A DNA stretch of 62,941 nt, the filler included, from Chiloscyllium plagiosum (lineage: Eukaryota), in assembly GCF_004010195.1 (NCBI RefSeq). It is 3 parts of one record of this genome, joined end to end, with 100 filler letters (N's around TTAATTAATTAA, not from the genome) between each part and the next. Parts side by side here need not be neighbours in the genome. Positions count along the whole stretch, not along the records: positions 1 to 22,960 come from NC_057717.1; 2 more parts are not named here. One strand, written 5' to 3'. Positions 1 through 11,960 of the stretch are shown one piece after another. The translations under genes and the position numbers were made by a program. A model generated the notes under the pieces. The model searched no databases. It was not told the DNA's origin and saw only the letters and a program-made list of their open reading frames with translations. The number at the start of each line of letters is the position of its first letter. Within the stretch, counting starts at the first letter, position 1.

Positions 1-1371
1 GGAAAGGTACAGAAAAACAAACAATTAATTAACTGATAACAGGTTCTGAACATATGGATAAGGAGAGAGGGGAGTGGGAGTAACTGGAGAAGTGAGACAA
101 TGGTAGGACCAATCACAAGAATGAGAGCATTCAATATAATTATTGTCAGATCGGTTGAAATGGTTAGTTACATCAAATTGTGAATCTGCCTCACAGAACC
201 ATCCCAGGCACCATAAACTGGGACAAGGGACCAGCCAGAATGGCAAGCTATGCACTCCATGCTCGTGGACTACTCTATTAAACTGTTCTACCTGCCCAGC
301 ATGGGGACCATTGCAAACCTTTGTCAGTATATTGCTACTGTACTTGCACTACAGAAATGTCTTGCACAGGAAGATTTGTAAACCATGCAGTGAGTGACAG
401 TAAATGGGCTCCCACAAATGTATGGCTCTGTATCTCCACTGCCGAAATATAAGGCAAGAGATTGTTTGTGTNNNNNNNNNNNNNNNNNNNNNNNNNNNNN
501 NNNNNNNNNNNNNNNNNNNNNNNNNNNNNNNNNNNNNNNNNNNNNNNNNNNNNNNNNNNNNNNNNNNGTGTGTGTCTGTGTGTGTGTGAGTGTGTGTGTG
601 TGTATGTGTGTTGGTGGCAGTAGATTTGTAAATTGCTATTTGAGAGAGAACAGACATAGACGAAATCAGCTTAAATGTGAACAACTGACAGGGCTTTGTG
701 TCATTAACAGAGGGAGACTGAGGACCGTGTCATAGACAGAGATGACGACGTGCTTGTGAATATTCAAGTAAAGGCATTGCCAGACCCAACAACAATATAA
801 AGCAATCCGTACTGGAATGATGGGATTTTGGTCTGCGTTTAGATACAAGCCATGGAATACCGACTCAGATTTGGTTAAGCAGCAGCAGATCATTGGCTTT
901 ATTAAGACTGTGTTTCATAGCTGAAGATTCAAACAGCAGATGGGATGAACCAGTGAAGTATATTCTGCAGTTGTCAATAGTTAAAATTAGGAATGGCCAG
1001 GAATCAGCTTGTGGCCAAAGGGATCACCGTAGTTGTGACTCATCTCTTTCAGCCTCAGTTATTGGCCAGGGATGAGATGGAGTCACAGGAAGGAAAAGGA
1101 GTTTGCATCCAGAACAGAAGACAGTGACCTCCAAGCTTTAAATATTTAAATAACAAGGGCAGTGATGCAATGCATCCTGGTTCATACCTGAAAGTGAGTA
1201 GGTCAACCGACAAGGCCCAGTGCCAGAACTAACGAAGGAGAGAAAGAATGAACAAGTTCACTGTTGTTGATGTGGTTTGGAGCGTGAATGCTTACAGAGT
1301 AGAGTAAATGAAAAGAACAGTAATACAGTCGCACATGGTTCATGCAAAAATAAATCGACAGTGAAACTTAC

Positions 1372-1591
1372 CAGGGACACCAACAATAGCCAGGATAGGA
1401 TAATAAAAACGTTGAATAATGTAAAGTGCATATCTGATCCACAATGTTAACGGCCAATAATAAAATGTGGAAAGAATCCAAACATAATAGGATAACCTCC
1501 TGTCCATTGTTGGAACTTTCCTGTCTATTGTTCTCAGATTCTGATCCATTGTTGTAACATTCCAGTCTATTGTTCTCAGATTCTGATTCAT
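1372..1591 (-). CDS. Exon 1 of a GPR139/GPR142-like class A GPCR (N-terminus and start of TM1); the rest of the gene lies off the left edge
   Basis: Translation ends IQRFYYPILAIVGVP-G, then a canonical phase-1 donor CCTG|GTAAGT (1372/1371), matching the exon-1 end of GPR139-family genes (YY...G.P + phase-1 intron). The ATG has A at -3. No exon 2 is seen in 1-1371. Confidence 0.8.
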
Positions 1592-1606
1592 TGTTGGAAC
1601 TTTCCA
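1503..1606 (-). repeat. 42-bp coding tandem repeat (~2.5 copies) in the GPCR N-terminus
   Basis: MNQNLRTIDWNVTT / MDQNLRTIDRKVPT / MDR; in-frame ATGs at 1591, 1549 and 1507. Confidence 0.9.
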
Positions 1607-2145
1607 GTGGAATATTCCCAGTTTCTGATCTCTCCCTCTCTCCGGAGCAGCCGATCCTTGTTCGTGCTATCGGTGGTGCTCCCGCCCCTACCATGGGATA
1701 ACAAATTGAATGGAGCCCTTTTATCATGAAAAGATGGAAACCCTCCACTGGGATAATTAGAATCCACGGAGACTGTCATTAGTCACAGTCACCAAACAAA
1801 AAGTTTCAGTTAACCAGTTTCTTATATCATTTTACATATCACAATGAAAGGGAACATTTACTTGGTTTGGATGGAATGGATGAAAGTTGCTGAGGGATAG
1901 ACCATAAATTTTTCAATCTTCATAATCTGTCTTCCCTACATGTGGGAGTATTGTGGGAACACTGCACTGTTGTATACGTTTCACCCTGTTTATAAAAGGA
2001 GACAGGAATAAAATAACAACTGCATAAAATGTTTGGTGGAGACGTATCTAGATATCTTTGTGTAATGCTGCTCCAAGTTTGAAATTCCCTGTTATCAAGT
2101 CCTTTCGGAACCTTGTGACATCATTCAGAACATTGAAACTGCTGC

Positions 2146-2375
2146 TCAGGAACAGGGAGAAACAGGAGGTAGTCACTCAACTGCTCAAGACTGGGAAACA
2201 GGAACAGGAGGTAGACACACAACTGCTCGAGACTGGGACACAAGAACAGGAGGCAGTCTTTCAACTGTTCGAGACTGGGACACAGGGAAACGAGGTAGAC
2301 ACTCAACTGCTCGATATTGGGACACAGGAACAGGAGGCAGTCACTCAATTGTTCGAGACTGGGATACAGGGAAAT
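2146..2375. repeat. ~42-bp minisatellite, ~5.5 copies
   Basis: Unit approx. CAGGAACAGGAGGTAGACACTCAACTGCTCGAGACTGGGACA; reads QEQEVDTQLLETGT in ORF 2058-2501. Confidence 0.9.
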
Positions 2376-3324
2376 CTGGAGGCTAGTCAGGCCCCAGATT
2401 TTTGTTCCCCAGGAACAGGAGGAGGCGACTCACTCCCCACCAGTCCGGGACTCTGGGAGAGAAGAGGAATTGGCTTGGTACTAACAGGAATATCTGAATA
2501 AGTTGCATGAGCGAGCCATTCAATCCTGCTGCAACATTCTTCAAAACCATGACTGATCTGATTGTAATTCTCTCATCCCATTTTAATAGAGATTCCACTC
2601 TCTGCAGCCTCTGCTCTATTTGTTGGTCATGGTGCAGATCCAGATGTTGTAACTACAGTCACCGTGTTTCATCCAGAGTTGGATCACCAAAGCCTCTGGT
2701 CTTCCTGAATTTCCACAGCAGCTTAAAACACAGCCTCCCGGAAACCGTTACCAGCGTTTCCACGAACGTACAAAAAACTAGAGTTAATTCAAATGTCAGT
2801 CAAATGCAAGTGAGAAGCCTGGTCTGAATCACTAACATGTTACTGAGCACATGAGTAGCAGAGAGTGATTAACACAGGCGTTCAATGGATAGGCATAGAG
2901 CAAGTTACAAAGGTGTCCCTCAAAACTGCTAATACCCCACTATCCATTATGGAGCACAGGGCAGGACACTAGCAAGTCAAAGAAAACGCAAGCAATGCTT
3001 TTTGAACATTGTTGCTGATCTTCGTAGTTTTGGAAGCTGATGCTCTTGGATGAGCAACATTCAAGGGCAGAAAAAATATAGGACAGTTATTCACTTTAAA
3101 ACTAGACAATTAAAACAGGATGGTGGGGAAGCAGTTTAAACACCAACAAATGGGAGGGATTTGGGAAATAGACAGAGGGAGAGAGACTCTGAGTCAGTGT
3201 TATGGAAGGATGTGTTTGCAGGCTTCAGAATGCTGAAATGTAGACATTTCTATCATATCTAGCAACATAGGTTAGTATGTCCGGGAATGATGAATTAATA
3301 CGATATTGGTGCAAGGTCAGATAG

Positions 3325-5720
3325 AGTCAGAGTCTTGGAGATGCACAGCATGGAATAAGACGCTTAAGACTAACTCATTCATGCTGATGGGATATCCCAA
3401 ATGAAACTAATCACATTTGGCCAATATTGATGTGAACCCTTCCTCTTCATGTACCCATCCAAATTCCATTTAGACGTTGAAATGGTAAAACCCTCCACCA
3501 CCTCCGCTGGCAGCTCATTCCACACATGCACCACTCTCTGTGTGAAAATGTTGCTCCTTAGGTCATTTTTAAATCTTTACCCTCTCATCAGAAATCCATG
3601 CCCTCTAGTTTTGGGGGAAAAGACCTTGGCTATACACACTATACATGTTCCTCACGTTACAGGAATAAAAGAACCCAACCGACTTGCGCGCTCCCTTAAG
3701 CTCCAATCCAGGCAACATCCTTGTAAATCTTTCCTGACTCCCTTCAAGTTTCACGATATATTTCCAAACGGAGGGAGACCAGAATTGAATGCAGTACTCT
3801 GAAAGTGGCCAAAGTAATGTGCTGTACAGCAGCAACATGACCACCCAATTCTTATAGTCAAATCACAGGCCAATCAAGGAAAAGATACCAAAGGCCTTCT
3901 TCACTATCCCAGCTACCTGCGACTCTACTTTCAAGAAACTATAAACCTGCATTCCAAGGTCTCTTTGTTCACCAACACTTCCCAGGACCTTAACATTAAG
4001 TGTATATGTCCTGCCCTGATTTGCATTTCCAATATGCAGCACCTCCCATTTATCTAGTTTAAAAGCCATCTGCCTATTCTCAGCCCATCTGTCCATCTAT
4101 TCAAGATCCCATTATACTTTGAGGTAAACCTTTTTTGCTATCCACTACACCATCAATTTTGGTGTCATCTGCAAACTTAGCAACTATTGCTGCAATGTTC
4201 ACATCAAAATGATTTATGTGAATAGTGAAAAGCAATGGAGCCAGCACCAATCCTTGTAGCACACCAATGGTTACAACCCGTTCGAAAAACAATCATCACC
4301 ACCGTCTGTCTCCTGCCTTCGGGCTAATTCCGTAAACACATGGCTCGTTCTCCTTGTATTTCATGTCAACTAAAATTGTTAACCAATCTGCCATGCAGAA
4401 AGTTGTCAAATGCCTTGCTGAAGTCCATATCAACAAAGTACACTCTGCCTCAATGAATCCTCTTAGTCACTTCTTCAAAAACTAAGTCAGTTTAGTGAGA
4501 CACAACTTTCCATGCTTCGAGCCATGTTGTCTATCACTTATCAGTCCTTGCTTTTCAAAATCCATGTAAATCTTGTGCCTCATAATCCTTACCAACAACT
4601 TGCCCTCCGCTGATGTCAGGCTCACCAGATTTTCCTTATCATCCTTCTTGATTATTGCCAGTAATCGCATCAAGTTCACAAGCCTCATATCTTCCAGTAC
4701 CTCATCTGTGACAATTGACGAAACAAATATCTCAACAAGGGGCCCAGCAATCACTTCACTCGCTTTCCGCAGTGTTCCAGGCTACATCTGATCAGGTCCT
4801 GGAGAATTTCCCACTTTTATGGGCTTTACGAACTCCAGCATCTCCTTCTCTTTAATACAGGCACTTTTCAACGTTTCACGGTTTATTTCCAAAGCTCTTT
4901 AGATTCCATATCCTTCTGCACAGTCAATACTGACGCACGATGCTTGTTTAATAACGCCTCCATCTCCTGCGGTTTTGCAAATCGGCAACCTTGCTGATCT
5001 TTAACTGGCCCAAAACACCCCTGAGTTACTCTTTTGTCCTGAATGTATGTGTGGAGTCCCTTTGGATTCTCCTTAACCCTATTTGCCAGAACTATCTCAT
5101 GTCCCCTTTATGGCCTCCGGATTCCCCTCTTATGCTTTAGACCCTTCTCGACAGTCACTTTAAATCTGGAATTAAGAGCCAAATGACGATGATGAATCCA
5201 TTTTCAATTTTTCGAAAAACCCATCATTTTCGCTGATGGACTTGAAGGAAGCAAACTGCCATCCTTACCTGGCATGGGTTACATGTGACTACAGACCGAC
5301 AACAATGTAAGTGCCCTCTGGGCAATTAGTGTTGGTCATGAATGCAGGCTCAACCAGTGATACTCTCATCCCATGAATAAGTAATGAAAAAAACCTTTAC
5401 TCCTGCTCTCTCCACCTGACATATTCTTCGCTCTTATCCGTGACCAGACACTCAATTTCTCCAGTCTTCCAGCATTCGTTACACCTACCAGACTTACCCT
5501 TCACCCTAACAAGGACAGATTGTCTCTGTGATTATGACATCTCATTTTTGAAGGCTTCCCTCTTCTCAACTTGCCCCATAAATGCGAATATCCGTTCCAA
5601 TCCAGTTTGGAAGTTCTTGCTAATATCATCAAAATTGCCCTTCCTACAAATTAAAACATTACCTTTTAGAACCAGTTCATCCTTTTCCATCTTTATTTTA
5701 AAACTATTAGAATTATGATT
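3325..5720 (-). mobile_element. Degenerate 5'-truncated CR1/HER1 LINE (RT and 3' end), interrupted by a SINE at ~5150-5395
   Basis: Fragments SDRQHG..CLTKL, GVLQGLVLAPLLF..KFADDTK and EYCIQFWSP. Confidence 0.9.
5150..5395 (+). mobile_element. SINE 3' part (central domain resembles the Meta-SINE domain as recalled; family unverified)
   Basis: GGAAGCAAACTGCCATCCTTACCTGG..ACATGTGACT..TGCCCTCTGGGCAATTAG and a CCCATGAAT A-rich tail; related copies at ~50770-51050 (+) and ~57320-57540 (-). Confidence 0.6.
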
Positions 5721-5721
5721 A

Positions 5722-6010
5722 TTAGATTGTTTTTACATTAGATTACATTACAGTGTGGAAACAGGCCCTTCGGCCCAACAAGTCCACGCCGACCCGCCGA
5801 AGCGAAACCCACCCATACCCCTAAATTTACCCCTTACCTAACACTACGGGCAATTTAGTATGGCCAATTCACCTGACCCTGCATATCTTTGGACTGTGGG
5901 AGGAAACCGGAGCACCCGGAGGAAACCCACGTGGACACAGGGAGAACGTGCAAACTCCACGCAGTCAGTCGCCTGAGGCGGGAATTGAACCCGGGTCTCT
6001 GGCGCTGTGA
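5722..6010 (-). mobile_element. HE1-type V-SINE, truncated within the tRNA-derived head
   Basis: B box GGTTCAATTCC, V domain GTGTGGAGTTTGCACGTTCTCCC..GGGTTTCCTCCGGGTGCTCCGG, TCTAA-type tail. Confidence 0.9.
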
Positions 6011-6496
6011 CATATTGTGTCCCAAAATGCTTCCCCACAGATACCTCAGTCTCCTACCCTGCCATATTTCCCAAGGGGAATGTGACGTTGAGCTCCTTCT
6101 CTGTGATGGAGAGCATTGGTCAAGCAGCTGCAGCGTTGTAACTGGGATTGGGGTCAACAGTGTCTTTGACTCATTGGGCTGAATCGAACAATAATTTATC
6201 TCAGTGCCATATTCAATTAGTGTGACAGAGGGATTGTCTGCACAAGTTCGAGCTAGATTCCTGGTGCTACATTATCGAACTCACCTCAATAACTGTCTAC
6301 CCCACTACATTGGGTGCCCCTCTCATTCAATGCCAGCCCTACTCTCCCACCCACCACGGCTGGACGTACTCACCATCGCACTGATGCCCCTGGATATTAT
6401 GTGATCCCTGGCACTGGTGCCATCTTTAAAAGGCCAGTGGGCACATAGTTGAGTTTTTTTAGATTTCGGAGCTGGTTGGTGCAGGTTACACCAAAC

Positions 6497-6712
6497 ATGG
6501 CAGATAAGGTTCAATTACACCACGGTTTGTCGAGGAGCACAGAGGTCCTGATGGATGGTCTAGTACAGAGGGGGACCAGTCTCTTCCCAGAAAGGTTCAC
6601 ACCGAGCATGGTCTACGCTCCCCAACCAGCCCAGTGCCGTATCTGCAGTCTGAAGAAATGTCCAGCAAAACAGGACTAGCATCAATCACCTTCCTGGCTC
6701 TGTCAGGCTAAG
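6497..6712 (+). mobile_element. Decayed Harbinger-type Myb/SANT (NAIF1-like) first-exon remnant
   Basis: Frameshifted MADK..TPRFV..EVLMDGLVQRGTSLFPE..SAVSAV*RNVQQNRTSINHL..SVR followed by a degenerate donor (GCTAAG). Confidence 0.5.
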
Positions 6713-7394
6713 GGTCACTGTATTCTCTTTGTTCCCTCACACTCACAGTATATTTGTTGCAGCAGTGACCCAGAATAGCGTTCATGCTCCACTACTCTCA
6801 CTGCTGCTTGCAGCACCTTCCCTCTCTCTCTCTCCCCATTATCCGCCCCCCTCCCCCATACCCTCTCACACACACTAATAACATTGCATGGATATGACAC
6901 TGTGGACTGACTCCCTCCAGACACCTCACCATATCTTCCCCCACCTACACTAGCACTAACAGCAGGGGTGCCCACTCTCAACCTCACTCCCTTTCTCCCA
7001 TTCCAGGAGAAATAGCCTGGAATAGGACAGTAACGGTCAGGCCGGGTGGTGAAGTGCCCGATATCCATTCCCTCACCTCCCCTCCCCTACCTACGAGCCG
7101 GAAAGGACTGGGACGCCTCGTGTGGAGATTCTGAAACGTCCCAGCAACCGAGTAAAGAGCAATGTTCAGTGAAGGGCAATTCTCACTTTAAACCGACTGG
7201 CAGCTCCGTTTCCCCCCGGCACATCTTAGAAGCCATAGCTCTGATGCCATCTCCCTTTTGTGTTGAGCTGGTACAAATGGAATCCCCTCGGTCTCGGTGG
7301 GCAGGAGGGTGGGCGCACAACACATCGTCACCACCGCCTCCCAGGAAGGGACACGGAGAATCCCCCCTCCATCTCCTCCTTAAACAGCTCAGAT

Positions 7395-7700
7395 GCTGAA
7401 ACTAATCTGTGATAGTTCCTAATCTAATCACTTGTCCTGACATCTTCAATAATCTGTTCTCATATACACCCTTGGTCCTCTGTTCCTGCACCTCCTTTAT
7501 AACGGTACAACCTATTTTATGTTGTCTTTCAATGTCCTTCCTACTAAAGAGCATCACCTCACACTGCGCTGCATTGATCCTCATCTGTCATACACCTGAA
7601 CACTACACCAACATATAACTTTCCTGTTGGAGTTCCACACCATCGTCAACAAATTTTACAATTCTTTCAGGTCTGGTATCTTCAAATATTGAAATTGTCC
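7395..7700 (-). mobile_element. CR1-like LINE RT fragment
   Basis: MRINAAQCEVMLF..VQEQRTKGVY resembles the CR1 FN..KCEV.HF / EQRDLGV region. Confidence 0.7.
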
Positions 7701-8554
7701 TACAGTCACACTCCACTCAAAAATACTGACACAGCGAGTGAAATATTGACACACTCTCCAGGTCTGTATTACTGTCAATGTATAGTGAATGCTTCTATGT
7801 ATCTGTATTCGTGTGTGCATCTGTGTGGGGCGGGTCTGTCAGTCTCTGTGATGTTCAAAGTGATGTAATATCCCCCGATATGAGTTCTGAGTAAGGATCA
7901 CTCGATCCAAAACGTCAACTTTCATTTTTGTCCAAAGATGCTTCCAGAGCTACTGAGATTTTTCTTGTTGTCAATCACTGTTGCACCCCCACCCCGATCC
8001 CCCACCCCCCACGCCACTGTAATCGTGGTGCTAAATTGTGTAAACGATTAGGGATTCAGTCTGAGAGGGAGATAGGGAGGGCAGCAGCTCGCAGCACAAT
8101 CCAACCTGAATTTTAATTGCACCACCACACACACACACACACTAGGTTGGTTTGGAGAGGATTGTCATTGTAATTAAACCCTCTGAGTGGAACATGTTCG
8201 TGTGGAGAAATGTTTGCGCTCCTTCTGCACTGTGGAAATTGTTTGTCACTGTTAGTATTTCCAACACACAGTGAACACATGAAAGCATGTTTCCATTGCA
8301 ATTATATACAAGCAATTCCGAGTGAGCCACTTTCCAAGGCGATGAGGTTAATTTTAATGCACTTCCTCTAATTTGGAATTTTTAATGCTTTACTCTTACA
8401 AGTACCCTTACATGTGAGAAAGGATCGAAAAGACCTAAACCAGACCAGCAGAGTGTGGGTTTGTATCACTTTAAAGAAAAGAGGGAAAGGGAGAGGAAGG
8501 GAGAGTGGTTTTGACCCCGTTTCAGTGATTCATGCCAAAAACCAGAAGAGTTCC

Positions 8555-8732
8555 CATTGCACAGAGATGCAGAGACAGAGATCCACACACTAATGCAGAA
8601 ACACATGTAACAAGCACAGAGAGAGAGACATGCATACAGAGGTTGACAGAGACATATATAGACACACAGGAATAGACAACCACGAACAGAAATATGCAGA
8701 TACATACTTGGACATACAAACACACATACACT
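8555..8732. repeat. Degenerate (CA/GA)n simple repeat
   Basis: CACACA/GAGACA-rich low-complexity run. Confidence 0.8.
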
Positions 8733-8974
8733 CATCGGGTTATACAGGGTATTTGCAAACAGTCCTATCTGCCCATACAGTCCATGCTGACCATAATCAC
8801 AAACTAAACCAGTCCCACTTGCCTGCGCTTGGCCCAGATTTGTCCAAATGTTCTCTTATTCTTGTACTTAACCAAATGCGTTTTAAATACTATAACTTTA
8901 TCCGCAACCCATCACTTCCTCAGGAAGTTCATTCCCTTTACGAACCACATGCTGTGTAAAAAATGAATCACCTC

Positions 8975-10645
8975 ATAGGTTCTGATCAGGTGGGCCCAAG
9001 AAATTTGTAGGAAGCTAAGGAAGTGATTTCTGGGTCCCTTGCTGAAATGTTGTCATCATCAATAGCCACAGGTGAGAGGCTGGAAGTCATATGTTTGATT
9101 AACGTTTTGTTATTAAAAAAAATGTAAATAAAAAGCCAAGAACTACAGATTAGGGTGCCTGACATCAGTGGTGGGCACGGTGTTAGAGGGAATCATGAGC
9201 TACAGGATTTACATGCATTTGGAAAGGCAACGACTGATTAGGGATAGGCAACATTGAGGACTGCTGATGCTGGAGATCATAGTCAAATGAGAATTGTACT
9301 GGAAAACCCCACAGGTCAGGTAGCATCTGATGAAAAGGAAAATCGACGATCTAGACAAAAGCCCTTTATCTGGATAGTGAAATGGGGGTGTGAGTGGATA
9401 ATCATGTCTCAGTAATTTGATTTTGTTTTTGTTGAGAAGTACCGGGGAGGATTGATGACGGCAGAATGCTGGATGTGATCTATATGGACTTCAGTTAGGC
9501 ATTCGAAATGGCTCCCCATGGAGACTGGTTAGCAAGGTTAGATCACATGGAATACAGGGAAAATTACCTAGTTGGATACAGCACTGGTTCAAAAGTAGAG
9601 GACAGACAGTGGTGGTGGAGGGTTGTTTTGCAGACTGGAGGCCTGTGACCAGTGGAGTGCCACAAGGATCGGTGCTGGGTCCGCTACTTTTCGTCATTTA
9701 TAAAAATGATTTCGATATGAACATAGGAGAGTTTCTAAGTTTGCAAATGACACAAAAATTGGAGCTAGAATGACCAGCAAAGAAGTTTACTTCAGATTAC
9801 GACGGGATCTTAATCAGAATGGCCAATGGACCGAGTAGTGGCAGACAGAGTTTAATTTAGATAAATGTGAGATGCTGCATATTGGAAAGGCATATCAGGG
9901 CGGGACTTATGCACTTACTGGTAAAATCCTGGGGAGTGTTGCAGAACAAAATAATCTCAGAGTACAGGTTTTTACTTCTTAAAATGTGGATTTGCAGGTA
10001 GATAGGACAGTGACGAAAGTATTTGATATGTCATTGGTCAATGCATTGTGTATATGTGTTAGGAGACTGGATTGGGACTGTACAGGACATTAGTTCGGCC
10101 ACTTCTGGAATACTGCATGCAATTCTGATCTCCCTGCTCTGTAGGAAGGATGTTGTCAAACTTTAAAGGGTTCAGGAAGGGTTTACACTGAGGTTGCCAT
10201 GGTTGGAGGATTTGAGTTATAGTGAGAGGCTGAATATGCTGAGCCTGTTTTCCCTGGAGAATCGGATGATGAGGATTGATGTTAGCGGTTAGTAAAATCA
10301 TGGGTTCAACGGATAGATTGAATAGCCAAGGTCTTTTCCCTAGGATAGTGCAATCAAACACTAGATGGCAAAGTGTTAAGGTGGGATGGGAAAGACAAAA
10401 AAGGGTTCTAATGGGCAACAGCTTCATGTAGAGGATGGTCCGTGTGTAATGAGCTGCCAGAGGAAGGTATTGAGGCTGTCACAATTACAACATTTAACAG
10501 GAATCTGGATGGACAGATGAAGGGAAGGGTTCTGATGTAAATTGACCAAATGCCGGCAAATGGGAGGAGAATAAGTTTTGCTGTCTGGTTGGCATGGACA
10601 CGTTGGACCAAAGGGTCTGTTTCCATGCTATACAGATCTATGACG
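8975..10645 (+). mobile_element. CR1/HER1 LINE (RT to 3' end), with a Penelope terminal fragment inserted at ~9255-9375
   Basis: [20 protein letters not shown] and VRPLLEYCMQF motifs; CR1 3' tail TTGGACCAAAGGGTCTGTTTCCATGCT. Confidence 0.9.
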
Positions 10646-11000
10646 CTATGTCTTTTAAGAAACTTCGACCTCTTATCTTAAAACAATCGCCCACTCGAGG
10701 GAAAAGACACCTACCATTCAACATTACTGATAACTCTCTGATATTATAAACCTCTACAATGTTACTTCTCAGCCTCCTATGCTCCAGTAGAAAATGTCCT
10801 AGTCTGTTAAGCCTGTCCTTATAATTCAAACAACCCATTCCCAGCAAAATCCTGATAAATCTCTTCTGAACTCTCCCGAACTTGATAATGTTCTCTATAT
10901 AACAGGGCGACCAGAACTGCACAAAGTCTTCCAGGACATGCTTCATGAATGTCCTGTGCAAACTGAACATACCGTCCCAACTCCTGCACTCAAAGGCCTG
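10645..11000 (-). mobile_element. CR1 LINE 3' fragment
   Basis: VQFWSPCY..RVQKRFIRIL..YKDRLNRLG. Confidence 0.85.
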
Positions 11001-11960
11001 TCCACTGCTATTCGACATTTATATAAATGATTTGGATGTGAACATAGGAGATATAGCTAGTAAATTTTCAGATGGCACCAAAATTGGAGGCGTAGTGAAT
11101 AGTTAAGAACGTTACCACAGAGTAAAATGGAATCTTGTTCAGATGGGCCAATGGATTGAGGAGTGACAAATGGAGATATATAGGTAAATGCAAGGTGCTG
11201 CATTTTGGAAAACAAATTTGAGCAGGACTTATACACTTATTGATAAAGTCCAGGAGAGTGTTGCTGAATAAAGAGACATTGGAGTACAGGTTCATATTTC
11301 CTTGAAAGTAGAGTTGCAGGTAGATAGGATGGTGAAGTAGGTGTTAATATGCTTTCATTTATTGTTAAAACCACTGAGTACAAGAGTTGAAAGGTCATGT
11401 TGCGGCTGTACAGGACATTGGTTCGGCCACTTTTGCAATATTGTGTACAATTCTGGTCTCATTCCTATCGGAAAGATATTGTGACACTTAGAAGGGTTCA
11501 GAAAAGATTTGCAAGGATGTTGGCTGGGCTGGAGGATTTGAGTGTAGGGAGAGCTTGAGTAGGCTGGGGATGTTTTCTCTGGATCATTAGAGGCTGAAAG
11601 GTGAAATATAGACGTTTATAAATCATGAGAGGCATGCATAGGGTAAAAAGACAATGTCTTTTCCCCAGGGTGGGCGAGTCCACAACTAGAGGGCATAGGT
11701 TAAGATGAGAGAGGAAAGACTTAAAAGGGACCTCAGTGGCAATTTTTATGCATAGAGGGTGGTATATGTATGGAATGAGTTGCCAGAAGCTGGACAAATT
11801 AAAGTATTTAAAAGACATCTGGATGAATATATTAATAGGAAGTGTTCAGAGGGATATGGGCAAGAGTTGGCAAAATTGACAAGATTATGTTAGAGTACCT
11901 GGTCGACATGGACAGGTTGTATCAGAGGGTCCGGTTCCGTGCAGTACATCTCTATGACTC
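11000..11960 (+). mobile_element. CR1/HER1 LINE (RT to 3' end)
   Basis: PLLFDIYINDLD..KFSDGTK and VRPLLQYCVQFWS; ends in a CTCTATGACTC tail. Confidence 0.9.

Noticed and set aside
1..470. Cys/Trp-rich minus-strand reading (WFCEADSQF..CSHSCDWSYHC) as a possible env SU or GPCR exon 2
   Set aside because: No GPCR TM motifs and no diagnostic env motif; interrupted by stops; cannot be assigned by eye.
2121..2348. CPSLEQL repeats resembling leucine-rich repeats
   Set aside because: A 14-aa period is too short for an LRR; it is the antisense reading of the minisatellite.
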